Below, one piece after another: positions 1-9,920 of a stretch of DNA of 46,894 bases. Numbering within the stretch: the first letter of the stretch is position 1; each line of letters starts with the position of its first letter. Below the pieces are notes generated by a model that was not told the DNA's origin, did not search any database, and saw nothing but the letters and a program-made list of their open reading frames with translations. The DNA is from Vulcanimicrobiota bacterium (lineage in GTDB: Bacteria > Vulcanimicrobiota > Vulcanimicrobiia > Vulcanimicrobiales > Vulcanimicrobiaceae). A program made the translations under genes and the position numbers. Where the stretch lies: positions 1-46,894 of the forward strand of contig PLCF01000008.1 in NCBI GenBank assembly GCA_003135555.1, given 5' to 3'.

Positions 1-78
1 TGGGATTTGAACCCACGGAACCCTTGCGAGTTCGCCGCCTTTCCAAGACGGTGCCATAAGCCGCTCGACCACCTCTCC
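1..78 (-). tRNA. tRNA-Ser(GGA), 3' end cut by the window edge
   Basis: Reverse complement reads GGAGAGGTGGTCGAGCGGCTTATGGCA-CCGTC-TTGGAAA-GGCGG, a long variable arm (GAACTCGCAAGGGTTC), then GTGGGTTCAAATCCCA. Anticodon GGA, class II tRNA. Confidence 0.95.
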
Positions 79-155
79 AAGCGATCCCGAGTCCCTCAGT
101 CGCCCCGGACGGCCCTAATCTCTTCACGCCGCGCCGGACGAACGCCTCGCAGCGA

Positions 156-1019
156 TCAGATGCCGGCGGGGTGCCAGATCGTCTTGAGTTCGGTGAACGC
201 GAGCACGCGCTCCAAGTCGTCGAAGCCGCCGGCGAACCACTCCTCGCGCGGCGGCGCGTCCTCGAAGTGCGCGCGCTTGACGTTCTCGGCCGCGAGCTCT
301 CCAAGGCGCTTTTCAGCGGCGCCGTCGAGCCCGAACGCGCCAAGCGCGTTGACGTTCATGTGGCCGGCGAGCACCGGCGCGAGCTCGGCGCGCGTCCCGG
401 TGAGCACGTTGCACGCGCCTGCGGGCAGATCGCTCGTCGCCAGACACTCCGCGAACACGACGGCGCTGCGCGGATCGCGTTCGCCGGCGACGACAACGAC
501 CGCGTTTCCGCTCACGAGTACCGGCACGACGGCGGTGACGAGGCCCAGCAGCGCGGGCTCATCGGGGGCGAGCACGGCGACGATCCCGGTCGGCTCGGGC
601 GTGGAGAAGTTGAAATGCGGGCCGGCGACCGGATTGCGCGTCGACGCGAGCGCGAGGTACTTGTCGCACCAGCCGGCATAGCAAACGGTGCGGTCGATCG
701 CGGCGGTTACTTCGCGCTCGGCCTCGGCTACGTCGACCGTGCCACCGACCACCAGCTGCGCGGCCAGCTCGGCCCGGCGCGCCTCCATCATCTCGGCCAG
801 GCGATACAGCACCAGGCCGCGCAGCGCCGGCGGATGCGCAGCCCACTTCTCGTGGGCGGCGCGCGCCGCGACAACGGCATCTCGCACGTCCTTGCGCGAC
901 GCGTGGGCGACGTTCTCGCCGCCGATCTGGTCGCTACGGCCCGATTCGCTGCGCGCGAACGCGCCGTTGATGAAGAGCTTGTACATCTTACGGATCGCGA
1001 CGCGCCCGTTGCCTTCCAT
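156..1019 (-). CDS. Short aldehyde dehydrogenase-family protein (non-catalytic, resembles the ALDH16 C-terminal half)
   Basis: RKMYKLFINGAFARSESGR N-terminus, YAGWCDK, EPTGIVAV, ELKTIWHP. About 287 aa with no ELGG or catalytic-Cys domain. Start set at ATG 1019. Confidence 0.85.
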   Translation of the reverse strand: MEGNGRVAIRKMYKLFINGAFARSESGRSDQIGGENVAHASRKDVRDAVVAARAAHEKWAAHPPALRGLVLYRLAEMMEARRAELAAQLVVGGTVDVAEAEREVTAAIDRTVCYAGWCDKYLALASTRNPVAGPHFNFSTPEPTGIVAVLAPDEPALLGLVTAVVPVLVSGNAVVVVAGERDPRSAVVFAECLATSDLPAGACNVLTGTRAELAPVLAGHMNVNALGAFGLDGAAEKRLGELAAENVKRAHFEDAPPREEWFAGGFDDLERVLAFTELKTIWHPAGI

Positions 1020-1103
1020 CCCGGGAGTGTTCCGGTGCGGCGCTGCGGCTCCTCGGCGCCGGAGCCTCGCGGAAGGAGCGCGCGCCGGGGCGAACGCGGC
1101 GGG

Positions 1104-1712
1104 ATGGAGCTTCTCTGCGTCCGGCATGGGCGGACCGCTTGGAACGCGGAAAAGCGGTTTCAAGGGCACACCGACGTGGCGCTCGACGACGAAGGCCTAG
1201 CGCAAGCCCGCGCGCTCGCCGCGCTGCTGGCCGGCGAGCGGATCGACGCCGCGGCGTCGAGCGATCTAGCACGCGCTGTCGAGACGGCCCGGATCGTTTT
1301 GGGCCCGCGGAAGGTCGAGTTGCAGCTCGACCCCGATTGGCGCGAGATGCGGTTCGGCGAGTGGGAGGGGCTGACGTGGGATCAAATTCGCGCCGCCAAT
1401 CCTCAGCTCGACCCCGCGGCGCACGCCTCGGTCAAGGCCTACGCACCACGCGGCGGCGAGACGTTCGCCGAGCTGTGCACCCGCATCGCGCGCGCGGTCG
1501 AGCGGAGCGTCGCCGCGGTGCCCGACGACGGCGTGGCGCTGATCGCGACGCACGCCGGACCGCTGCACGCGTTGCTCGAGGTGCTGCTCGGTGAGTCCGA
1601 GCGCGCGGCGCTTAAGGTGCGTTTTCTGACCGCGTCGATCACGCGCTTTCGGCGGGCCAACGGCGTGTGGACGTTGGCGCGCTTGAATCAAACCGCGCGC
1701 ACGGCGACCTAG
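1104..1712 (+). CDS. Histidine phosphatase (PGM/CobC-like) family protein
   Basis: RHGxTxWN, SSDLxRA, ExxFGxWEG and ATHAG motifs. ATG at 1104. Confidence 0.9.
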   Translation: MELLCVRHGRTAWNAEKRFQGHTDVALDDEGLAQARALAALLAGERIDAAASSDLARAVETARIVLGPRKVELQLDPDWREMRFGEWEGLTWDQIRAANPQLDPAAHASVKAYAPRGGETFAELCTRIARAVERSVAAVPDDGVALIATHAGPLHALLEVLLGESERAALKVRFLTASITRFRRANGVWTLARLNQTARTAT

Positions 1713-1987
1713 CCGCCCGGCGCGTCGATCAGCGCGACGCGTTCGCGCAACGCGGCGTCGTCGACGCCGTCGATTGCCAGCAGCTTGCGCCGGCCGCTGC
1801 CGCCATGGACGAGCTGGACGCGGCTCGCCGCAACCTCGAGCCAGGCCGCGACGGCGCGCACGATCGCGTCGTTCGCTTTGCCGCCGAGCGCGCGTTCGCG
1901 CACCGCGACGACCACGTCGCCGCCGCGCCGCGAGAGACCCGGTGTGCGTGAGCCGGGCCTGGCGACGATCTCCAGCCGCGCGCTCAC
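1709..1987 (-). CDS. DUF167/YggU-family protein
   Basis: VARPGSR...GKANDAI...LVHGGSGRRK pattern, 92 aa, GTGA overlap with the upstream gene. Confidence 0.85.
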   Translation of the reverse strand: MSARLEIVARPGSRTPGLSRRGGDVVVAVRERALGGKANDAIVRAVAAWLEVAASRVQLVHGGSGRRKLLAIDGVDDAALRERVALIDAPGG

Positions 1988-2913
1988 GCGCCGATCCCGT
2001 AGGGCGCGACGCCCGCCTGAGCTAGCGCGGCACCGTCGTTCGAAACGTCGCCGGGGATCGCGGCAGCGAAGAGTTCCGCCGTGTCGACCAGGCGCGGGCC
2101 GGGGCGGTTGACGTAGGCGTTGCCGTCCATGGCGTAGGCGCGCCCGCCGCGGACGGCGCGCAGGGACGCGAACGCGCGCGCCGCATCGGCGGGGAGCGCG
2201 CCGATCTCGTGCTGCGTACGCGCCAAGTCGAAGCCGCAGGGCGCGACGATGACGACGTCGGGATCAGCCGCGGCGATCTCGTCCCAGCCGATCGCGCGAC
2301 TGTTGGCGCCCGGATTCCCGAGCACAGCCTCGGCGCCGGCGAGCTCGACCAAACCCGGTGTCCAGTGGCCCGCGCTCATCGGCGGGTCGGTCCATTCCAG
2401 CACCAGCACGCGCTCGCGTGGGCGCGGGGCGACGTGCTCGCGCAGTTCGTCGACACGCGCGCGCAACGCTTCGAGCAGCCGCGCCGCGCCGGCTTGCGCG
2501 TTGGTCAGGCTGCCGAGAAACGCGATGGTGGAGAAGACGTCTTCGAGCGATGACGGTTCGAGCGAAACCACTCGGGGGTCACCACGCAATCGCTTGGCGG
2601 CGCGGTCGACGATCTCGTAGGAGACCGCGCACACCGCGCACAGTTCTTGGGTGACGATAAGATCGGGTTCGAGCGCGGCGAGCTTCACGTCGTCGAGCCC
2701 GTAGAGCGAGGAGCCCGCATGCACGCTCGCGCGAACGTGCCGATCGATTCCGGCGGCATCGAGCTCGTGCGGCAGCAGCGACGAGGTGAGTGCCGGACGC
2801 GTCCGCGCCTCGGCCGGGTAGTCGCACTCGTGGGTGACGCCGACGACCTGGTCGCCGGCGCCGATGCCGAACAGGATCTCCGTCGCGGAGGGCAAGAGGC
2901 TCACGACGCGCAT
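1984..2913 (-). CDS. BtuF-like periplasmic-binding-protein family (cobalamin/iron) protein
   Basis: MRVVSLLPSATEI, VGVTHECDYP, TQELCAVCAV, NRPGPRL. Confidence 0.85.
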   Translation of the reverse strand: MRVVSLLPSATEILFGIGAGDQVVGVTHECDYPAEARTRPALTSSLLPHELDAAGIDRHVRASVHAGSSLYGLDDVKLAALEPDLIVTQELCAVCAVSYEIVDRAAKRLRGDPRVVSLEPSSLEDVFSTIAFLGSLTNAQAGAARLLEALRARVDELREHVAPRPRERVLVLEWTDPPMSAGHWTPGLVELAGAEAVLGNPGANSRAIGWDEIAAADPDVVIVAPCGFDLARTQHEIGALPADAARAFASLRAVRGGRAYAMDGNAYVNRPGPRLVDTAELFAAAIPGDVSNDGAALAQAGVAPYGIGA

Positions 2914-2963
2914 GCTGCGCGGCTTCGGCTACCGTGATCTCCCGCCCGCCGCGACGGTGCGGA

Positions 2964-3374
2964 TTAGGCTGCGGCCGTCTCCGCGGGTGTCCCCCAGCCG
3001 ACGTAGGCGGCGACGATCGCCGACAGCGCGTGCAGCCAGATGTCGTAGCCGAACAGCGGCGCGAGCCCGAACAGGGTGTTGAGCCCGGGGAAGAACCCGG
3101 CGACCGCGAGGAGGCCGTAGAGCACGGCGATCGAGCGCGCGTAGGTACGGGCGGTCGCGAACGAGCCCGCCGACGTGACGCCCCAGATGCCGATCGCCAG
3201 ATGCACGACGTTGTGAACGGCGTTGACCGGGAACAGCCCCAGCAAGTGGCCGTACGACGTGCCGGCGGTGACGCCCATCTCCGGCATGCTCATGACGTTG
3301 ATGCCGGGGATGAAGCCGACGATCCCGACCAGGATGTAGATGATCCCGAACCAGCGGGCGAATTGACGAGCCAT
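2964..3374 (-). CDS. DUF4383-like membrane protein
   Basis: Four hydrophobic segments, LLGLFPVNAVHNVVHLAIG and DIWLH motifs. AGGAGG upstream of ATG 3374. Confidence 0.8.
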   Translation of the reverse strand: MARQFARWFGIIYILVGIVGFIPGINVMSMPEMGVTAGTSYGHLLGLFPVNAVHNVVHLAIGIWGVTSAGSFATARTYARSIAVLYGLLAVAGFFPGLNTLFGLAPLFGYDIWLHALSAIVAAYVGWGTPAETAAA

Positions 3375-3573
3375 TGGCCCCTCCTGTTGGTACGAGTGAC
3401 GCCAAAAAAGTGCCGGCCCCGATGTGGCTGGCCGGTACGACATCCGTGATCCGGGCTCGAACCTCCTCGCCCTGACGAGGGGAGCGAGCCCGCACCGCCG
3501 CCGAGCCGCCGGGGACGAGGCCCCGGCGCGCTGAACCTTGCGCCTTGCGCCTCTGCCCGCAGGAGTATCCTCC

Positions 3574-4812
3574 CTGAACAAGATCACCGTCCGCAACCCG
3601 ATCGTCGAGCTCGACGGCGACGAGATGACGCGCATCATCTGGCACTTCATCAAAGACAAGCTCATCCTGCCCTATCTCGACGTCGAGCTGAAGTACTACG
3701 ATTTGCGCGTCGAGAACCGCGACGCGACCGACGACGGGGTGACGCTCGACGCGGCGCGGGCGATCAAGCAGTACGGCGTCGGGGTGAAGTGCGCGACGAT
3801 CACGCCCGACGAAGCGCGCGTCGAAGAGTTCAAGCTCAAGAAGATGTGGCGCTCGCCCAACGGGACGATCCGCAACGAGCTCGACGGCACGGTATTTCGC
3901 GAGCCGATCATCTGCCGCAACGTGCCGCGTCTGGTCCCCGGCTGGACGCAGCCGATCGTGATCGGCCGCCACGCGTTCGGCGACCAGTATCGCGCGACGG
4001 ACTTCGTCGTGCCGGGGCCTGGTGCGTTGACGCTGACGTTTGCCCCGCGCAACGGCGGCGAGCCGATCACGCGCGAGGTCTACCAGTTCGAGGGCCCCGG
4101 CGTGGCGCTCGCGATGTACAACCTCGACGAGTCGATCCGGGGCTTCGCGCGCGCGAGCCTGAACTACGGGCTGCAGCGCCACTATCCGGTCTATCTCTCG
4201 ACCAAGAATACGATCCTCAAGGCCTATGACGGCCGCTTCAAGGACATCTTCCAAGAAGTCTACGATGCGGAGTTTCGCGCCGACTTCGAAGACCGCGGCC
4301 TGACCTACGAGCACCGCCTCATCGACGACATGGTCGCGGCCGCGCTCAAGTGGTCCGGCGCGTTCGTCTGGGCGTGTAAGAACTACGACGGCGACGTGCA
4401 GTCCGACACCGTTGCGCAGGGGTTCGGTTCGCTCGGCCTCATGACGTCGGTGTTGATGACGCCCGACGGGAAAACCATCGAAGCCGAAGCGGCCCACGGA
4501 ACGGTCACGCGGCACTACCGCGAGCACCAGAAGGGCCGCGCGACCTCGACCAACCCGATCGCCTCGATCTTCGCCTGGACGCGCGGGCTCGCGCACCGCG
4601 GCAAGGTCGATCGCACGCCCAGGGTCACGCAGTTCGCGCAGACCCTTGAAACGGTGTGCGTCGACGTGGTCGAGGCGGGGAAGATGACCAAGGATTTGGC
4701 GATCTTGATCGGCCCCGACCAGCCCTGGCTGACCACCACGGGGTTCCTCGACGCGCTCGACGCAGAACTGCGCACGCGGATGGGAGCCGCACCCACGCCC
4801 GCGGCGGTCTGA
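3574..4812 (+). CDS. icd: NADP-dependent isocitrate dehydrogenase (type II, eukaryote-like)
   Basis: [48 protein letters not shown]. Start inferred at CTG 3574 behind AGGAG; alternative TTG 3538. Confidence 0.95.
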   Translation: MNKITVRNPIVELDGDEMTRIIWHFIKDKLILPYLDVELKYYDLRVENRDATDDGVTLDAARAIKQYGVGVKCATITPDEARVEEFKLKKMWRSPNGTIRNELDGTVFREPIICRNVPRLVPGWTQPIVIGRHAFGDQYRATDFVVPGPGALTLTFAPRNGGEPITREVYQFEGPGVALAMYNLDESIRGFARASLNYGLQRHYPVYLSTKNTILKAYDGRFKDIFQEVYDAEFRADFEDRGLTYEHRLIDDMVAAALKWSGAFVWACKNYDGDVQSDTVAQGFGSLGLMTSVLMTPDGKTIEAEAAHGTVTRHYREHQKGRATSTNPIASIFAWTRGLAHRGKVDRTPRVTQFAQTLETVCVDVVEAGKMTKDLAILIGPDQPWLTTTGFLDALDAELRTRMGAAPTPAAV

Positions 4813-4818
4813 CCGCAG

Positions 4819-6084
4819 ATGCTCAACACAGAGGAAACGCTCGCGATCCTCGTCGGGGGCGGCCCGGCCCCCGGGATCAACGGCGTGATCGCGTCGGCGA
4901 CGATCGAAGCCCGCAACCACGGCCTGCGGGTGCTGGGCATCTACGAAGGCTATCGGCACCTCGTGCTAGGCGATACGTCGCACGTCGCCGAGCTGCAGAT
5001 CGACGACGTCTCGCGGATGCACTTCACCGGCGGCTCGATGCTGCGCACGTCGCGCACCAACCCCGCCAGCGATCCGGAGTCGCTGCGCCGCTGTATTCGT
5101 TCGCTCACGATGTTGGGAGTGCGCTACCTCATCACGATCGGCGGGGACGACACGACCTTCGGCGCGACGCGCATCGCCGCCGCGACAAAAGGGCGCATCG
5201 GCGTGGCGACGGTGCCCAAGACGATCGACAACGATCTCCCGCTGCCCGACAACGCTCCCACCTTCGGCTTCGAAACGGCGCGCTCGGTCGGCTCGGCGAT
5301 CGTCGAGAACCTCATGGAGGACGCGCGCACCGCGTCGCGCTGGTACTTGGCGATCACCATGGGGCGCAAGTCGGGCGCGCTCGCCCTGGGCATCTGCAAG
5401 GCCGCGGGCGCGACCTTGGCCGTGATCCCCGAAGAGTTCCCCGGCGACCAGATCGCCCTCGACGACGTCGTCGACACGATCGTCGGCTCGATCGTCAAGC
5501 GGCTCGCGTCGGGTCAGGACCACGGCGTCGCCGTGATCGCCGAAGGGCTGGCCGAGCGGATCGCCCCCGAAGAGTTGGCCGCAGTATCGACGGCGACGCG
5601 CGACGCCTATGGGCACGTGCGCTTGGCCGACGTCCCGCTGGGGATGGTGCTGCGCGACGCGATCCGCGCCCGGCTCAAGCAGCTGGGCATCGACGAGACC
5701 GTCGTTCCCAAGGACATCGGCTACGAGCTGCGCAGCGCCAAGCCGATCCCCTTCGACGCCGAGTACACGCGCACGCTGGGCTACGGGGCGGTGCGGTATC
5801 TGCTGGGCGGCGGCAGCGGCGCGCTTATCGCGCTCGCCGGCGGGCGCATCGTGCCGGTGACCCTCGAGGAGATGCTCGACCCTGCGACCGGACGCATTCG
5901 CGTCCGCCTGGTCGACGTCACGACCGAGTCGTACGAGGTCGCTCGCAAGTACATGATCCGGCTCGAGGAGACCGACCTGACCGAGCCCAGGCTCTCGCGT
6001 CTCGCCACGCAGACCAACTTGGACCCCGAGGCCTTCGAACAGCATTTCCGGCACCTGTTCGCCCACGCCGCGCCGCCCGGCTAA
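4819..6084 (+). CDS. pfp: Phosphofructokinase, probably PPi-dependent
   Basis: GGGPAPGIN, GGDD (Asp at the phosphoryl-donor position), PKTIDND, MGR, GYELRS. Confidence 0.85.
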   Translation: MLNTEETLAILVGGGPAPGINGVIASATIEARNHGLRVLGIYEGYRHLVLGDTSHVAELQIDDVSRMHFTGGSMLRTSRTNPASDPESLRRCIRSLTMLGVRYLITIGGDDTTFGATRIAAATKGRIGVATVPKTIDNDLPLPDNAPTFGFETARSVGSAIVENLMEDARTASRWYLAITMGRKSGALALGICKAAGATLAVIPEEFPGDQIALDDVVDTIVGSIVKRLASGQDHGVAVIAEGLAERIAPEELAAVSTATRDAYGHVRLADVPLGMVLRDAIRARLKQLGIDETVVPKDIGYELRSAKPIPFDAEYTRTLGYGAVRYLLGGGSGALIALAGGRIVPVTLEEMLDPATGRIRVRLVDVTTESYEVARKYMIRLEETDLTEPRLSRLATQTNLDPEAFEQHFRHLFAHAAPPG

Positions 6085-6146
6085 GTCCCCAGGTGGTGGT
6101 GTCACCTGGGAAGGAAATCCCGCTGGGGCGCCGCAATCCCGCGCTC

Positions 6147-6168
6147 TGGTATATTGTATGCAAAATAC
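6147..6168 (+). promoter_or_regulatory. Extended -10 promoter overlapping a palindromic GntR-type operator
   Basis: TGgTATATT (6147-6155). GTATATTGTATGCAAAATAC (6149-6168) matches its reverse complement at 16/20 positions and is AT-rich within GC-rich DNA. Confidence 0.65.
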
Positions 6169-6186
6169 GAACCCGGGCCGAGGCCG

Positions 6187-6870
6187 ATGGCCGCTCTAGC
6201 GCTCGCCGCCCTCCGCTCCGACGTCAGCCTTTCGGTTCAGGTCTACGAGGGGATCCGAGCGGCGATCACGGCGACGAACCTGTACGAGATCGACGAGGCC
6301 AACCTACGTCTCGACGAGCGCGAGCTCGCCGCGCGCTTGGGCGTGAGCCGAACCCCGATCCGCGAGGCTCTGGTGCGGCTCGAGCACGAGGGTCTGGTGA
6401 CCAGTATTCCCCGGCGCGGCTACTATATCGCACGTAAGAGCAAAACCGAGCTGCTCGAGATCATCGTCGTCTGGGCCGCGCTCGAGAGCATGGCGGCGCG
6501 CCTGACCGCGCTGCAGGCTTCCGATGAGGCGATCGCCTCGTTGCGCACCATCTTCGCCACATTCGATGGCGAGCGAATCGCCGCCAAGCTCGATGAGTAC
6601 TCCGACGCCAACATCCGCTTCCACCAGCGGATCATCGAGCTGTCCGGCTGCGAGCAGTTGCGCCGCACCGCCGGCAGCATCTTCATTCACGTGCGCTCGA
6701 TCCGCCACCGCACGATCGCGGAGAACCAGCGCTTCGAACGGTCGATCGTCGACCACCTGCAGATCATCGAGTCACTCGAAGCGCGCGACGCCGACCTGGC
6801 GGAGCGGCTGGTTCGCGACCACGCGCTGGCGCTCGCCGCGCATGTCAACGCGAACGACAACGACCTCTAG
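6187..6870 (+). CDS. GntR (FadR/FCD) family transcriptional regulator
   Basis: LDERELAARLGVSRTPIREAL wHTH; FCD motifs NIRFH and DHLQII. ATG 6187 preferred because the upstream start lies inside the operator. Confidence 0.9.
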   Translation: MAALALAALRSDVSLSVQVYEGIRAAITATNLYEIDEANLRLDERELAARLGVSRTPIREALVRLEHEGLVTSIPRRGYYIARKSKTELLEIIVVWAALESMAARLTALQASDEAIASLRTIFATFDGERIAAKLDEYSDANIRFHQRIIELSGCEQLRRTAGSIFIHVRSIRHRTIAENQRFERSIVDHLQIIESLEARDADLAERLVRDHALALAAHVNANDNDL

Positions 6871-6901
6871 TATCACCGGCGACCGCGCGAGGGGACAGGC
6901 T

Positions 6902-8623
6902 ATGGCACAAGCAGCATCGGCCACGACCGATCTACCGAAACTCGACGCCGACCAGCCGGTGCAGACCGTGTCCGGTGGGCACCTCGTCGCCAAAGCGTTG
7001 AAGAACGAAGGCATCGAGGTGATCTTCACGCTGTGCGGTGGCCACATCATCGACATCTACGATGGCTGCATGGACGAGGGGATCAAGATCATCGACGTGC
7101 GCCACGAGCAAGTCGCGGCGCATGCCGCCGACGGCTACGCGCGGGTCACTGGGCGGCCGGGCTGCGCCGTCGTCACGGCTGGTCCGGGCACGACCAACGC
7201 GACCACCGGCGTCGCCAACGCGTTTCGCGCCGAGAGCCCGTTTCTGCTCATCGGCGGCCAAGGCGCGCTCAACCAGCACAAGATGGGCTCACTGCAAGAC
7301 CTTCCGCACGTCGAGATCATGCGGCCGATCACCAAGTTCGCTTCGAGCGTGGTGACGACCGAGCGCGTCGCCGATATGGTCGCAATGGCGTTCCGCGAGA
7401 GCCACAACGGCACGTTCGGCCCGTCGTACCTGGAGATCGGGCGCGACATCCTCGACGCCAAGGTCCCGCTCGACAAAGCGGTCATCCCGGCTCCGGGCCA
7501 TTACCGCGCCTCGACGAAGTCGATCGGCGACCCCAACGACATCGAAAAGCTGGCCGACATCTTGGCCAAGGCCGAGCGTCCGGCAGTGCTGTTCGGACAG
7601 CAGACGTGGACGTGTCGCGCGACCGACGCCGCGCACGAGTTCGCGCGCCGGTTCAACATTCCGGCGTTCATGAACGGCGCCGGGCGCGGCACTTTCCAGC
7701 CCGACGACCCGCATGGCTTCCAGCTCACGCGCGGCTACGCGTTCGGCAAGGCTGACGTCATCGTGATCGTCGGGACGCCGTTCGACTTCCGCATGAGCTA
7801 CGGCAAACGCCTCAAGGCGCCGACCGTCGTTCAGATCGACATGGGCTACGGAACCGTCGGCAAGAACCGCGACATCTCGCTGGGGCTCGTCGGCGACGTC
7901 GGCGCGATCCTGCGCGCGGTAACACAGGCTGCCTCGGGGCGGCTGCAGGACGGCGCGCGCGGACGCCAGCCGTGGATCGACGAGCTGCGGGCCGAAGAGA
8001 AGAAGCTCTACGACGCACGGTTGCCCAAAATCAAAAATGATGCGACGCCGATCCACCCGTTGCGCCTCGGCTACGAGATCAACGAGTTCCTCACCGCGAA
8101 CACGCGCTTCATCGGCGACGGCGGCGACGTCGTCACGGCGGCCGGCGGCATCGTGTGGCCCAAGGGACCCGGACTCTGGATGGACCCCGGGCCGCTGGGC
8201 ACGTTGGGCGTCGGCGTCTCGTTCGCAATGGCCTCGAAGTTCGCGGAGCCCGACAAGGAGGTCGTCTGCCTGTTCGGCGACGGCACGTTCGGCATGACGG
8301 GCTGGGACATGCAGACCGCGATGCGTTTCGGGCTGCCGTTCATCGGGATCGTCGGCAACAACTCATACATGAACCAGATCCGCGCCGGGCAGATCATGAA
8401 GTACGGCAAAGAGAAGGGCGACATCGGCAACTACCTCGGCGACGTCGACTTCGAGAAGTTCGCGCAGATGCTCGGCGGCTACGGCGAAGCGGTGCGGGAC
8501 CCGAAGCAGATCCGCCCCGCGCTCGAGCGCGCGCGCGAGTCCGGAAAGTGCGCCCTCATCAACGTCTGGATCGACCCGAACGAGTTCGCTCCGGGCACGA
8601 TGAACCAGACGATGTACAAGTAG
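6902..8623 (+). CDS. ThDP-dependent enzyme, oxalyl-CoA decarboxylase / 2-hydroxyacyl-CoA lyase-like
   Basis: DVRHEQVAAHAADGYAR, TAGPG, DPGPLGTLGVG, GDG...NN ThDP motif. Directly upstream of frc. Confidence 0.85.
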   Translation: MAQAASATTDLPKLDADQPVQTVSGGHLVAKALKNEGIEVIFTLCGGHIIDIYDGCMDEGIKIIDVRHEQVAAHAADGYARVTGRPGCAVVTAGPGTTNATTGVANAFRAESPFLLIGGQGALNQHKMGSLQDLPHVEIMRPITKFASSVVTTERVADMVAMAFRESHNGTFGPSYLEIGRDILDAKVPLDKAVIPAPGHYRASTKSIGDPNDIEKLADILAKAERPAVLFGQQTWTCRATDAAHEFARRFNIPAFMNGAGRGTFQPDDPHGFQLTRGYAFGKADVIVIVGTPFDFRMSYGKRLKAPTVVQIDMGYGTVGKNRDISLGLVGDVGAILRAVTQAASGRLQDGARGRQPWIDELRAEEKKLYDARLPKIKNDATPIHPLRLGYEINEFLTANTRFIGDGGDVVTAAGGIVWPKGPGLWMDPGPLGTLGVGVSFAMASKFAEPDKEVVCLFGDGTFGMTGWDMQTAMRFGLPFIGIVGNNSYMNQIRAGQIMKYGKEKGDIGNYLGDVDFEKFAQMLGGYGEAVRDPKQIRPALERARESGKCALINVWIDPNEFAPGTMNQTMYK

Positions 8624-8629
8624 CGGAAC

Positions 8630-9904
8630 ATGAGCGGCAACGGAGCTTCCTGCGACGGTTCGGCCGGCGGCCCGGTTCGCAAGGCCCTCGACGGGGTCAA
8701 GGTCCTGGACATGACGCATGTCCAGGCGGGTCCGTCGTGCACGCAGATCCTCGCCTGGCTCGGCGCCGACGTCATCAAGGTCGAGCTGCCGGGCCGCGGC
8801 GACATCACGCGCGGTCAGTTGCAAGACATCCCCGACGTGGACAGCCTCTACTTCACGATGCTGAACTGCAACAAGCGCAGCATCACGCTCAACACGAAAA
8901 CGCCCGACGGGAAAGCGATCTTCGAGCGCCTGATTCAGCACTGCGACGTCCTGGTCGAGAACTTCGGCCCGGGCGTGCTCGATCGACAGGGCTTCACCTG
9001 GGATCGCATCCGCGAGCTCAACCCGCGCATCTCCTATGCCTCGATCAAGGGCTTCGGCCCCGGCAAGTACGAGGACTTCAAGGCGTACGAGACGGTGGCG
9101 CAGGCGATGGGCGGCGGGATGAGCACGACCGGGTGGCCCGACGGTCCGCCGACGAGTAGCGGCCCGCAGATCGGCGATTCCGGCAGTGGGATTCACATGG
9201 TCGCCGCGATCCTCGCGGCGCTCTTCCAGCGCACGCACACCGGACGCGGCCAACGCGTCTCGGTCGCGATGCAAGACTCGGTGCTGAACCTGATTCGCGT
9301 GAAGATTCGCGATCAGCAGCGCTTGGCGCACGGACCGCTGCGCGAGTATCCCAACAAGACGTTCACCGACTACGTCCCGCGCTCGGGGAACGCGTCGGGC
9401 GGTGGACAGCCCGGCAGTGCGCTGCGCTGCGCGCCCGGCGGGGAGAACGACTACGTCTACGTGATCATCCAGCCGCAGGTCTGGGCGCCGCTGGCGCAGC
9501 TGATCGGCCGGCCGGACCTAGTGGACGATCCCGCCTTCGCGACGCCGGCGGCGCGCCTCAAGCGCTTGGACGACGTGTTTGGCGCCGTCGAAGCGTGGAC
9601 GAAGGGGCGCACGAAATTCGAGGTGCTCGACGCGCTCAACGAGATCGACGTGCCGTGCGGACCGATCCTGAGCACCAAGGACCTGATCGAAGACGAGTCG
9701 CTCCGCGCGCGCGGGATGATCGCAGACGTCCACCATCCCGAACGCGGCACGTTCAAGAACGTCGGCTGCCCACTCGTACTTTCGGATACGCCCGTCGAGA
9801 TAAAGACCTCGCCGCTGCTGGGCGAGCACAACGAAGAAATTCTCAAAGAGATCGGCTGGAACGGTAAGGACGCGAAGGCGCTCCACGCCGCCGGCGTGCT
9901 GTAG
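8630..9904 (+). CDS. frc: Formyl-CoA transferase (class III CoA-transferase)
   Basis: [31 protein letters not shown] catalytic Asp, [10 protein letters not shown] tetraglycine-type loop. Confidence 0.93.
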   Translation: MSGNGASCDGSAGGPVRKALDGVKVLDMTHVQAGPSCTQILAWLGADVIKVELPGRGDITRGQLQDIPDVDSLYFTMLNCNKRSITLNTKTPDGKAIFERLIQHCDVLVENFGPGVLDRQGFTWDRIRELNPRISYASIKGFGPGKYEDFKAYETVAQAMGGGMSTTGWPDGPPTSSGPQIGDSGSGIHMVAAILAALFQRTHTGRGQRVSVAMQDSVLNLIRVKIRDQQRLAHGPLREYPNKTFTDYVPRSGNASGGGQPGSALRCAPGGENDYVYVIIQPQVWAPLAQLIGRPDLVDDPAFATPAARLKRLDDVFGAVEAWTKGRTKFEVLDALNEIDVPCGPILSTKDLIEDESLRARGMIADVHHPERGTFKNVGCPLVLSDTPVEIKTSPLLGEHNEEILKEIGWNGKDAKALHAAGVL

Positions 9905-9920
9905 GAAAAGGAAGCCAGAC

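Noticed and set aside
1..78. tRNA as an integration site for an island
   Set aside because: No integrase and no duplicated tRNA 3' end seen in the window; the 3' side lies outside it.
3452..3500. ZTP riboswitch (GGGGAGCGA) or tRNA-like T-loop (GGTTCGAG)
   Set aside because: The other conserved ZTP elements and a cloverleaf are absent.
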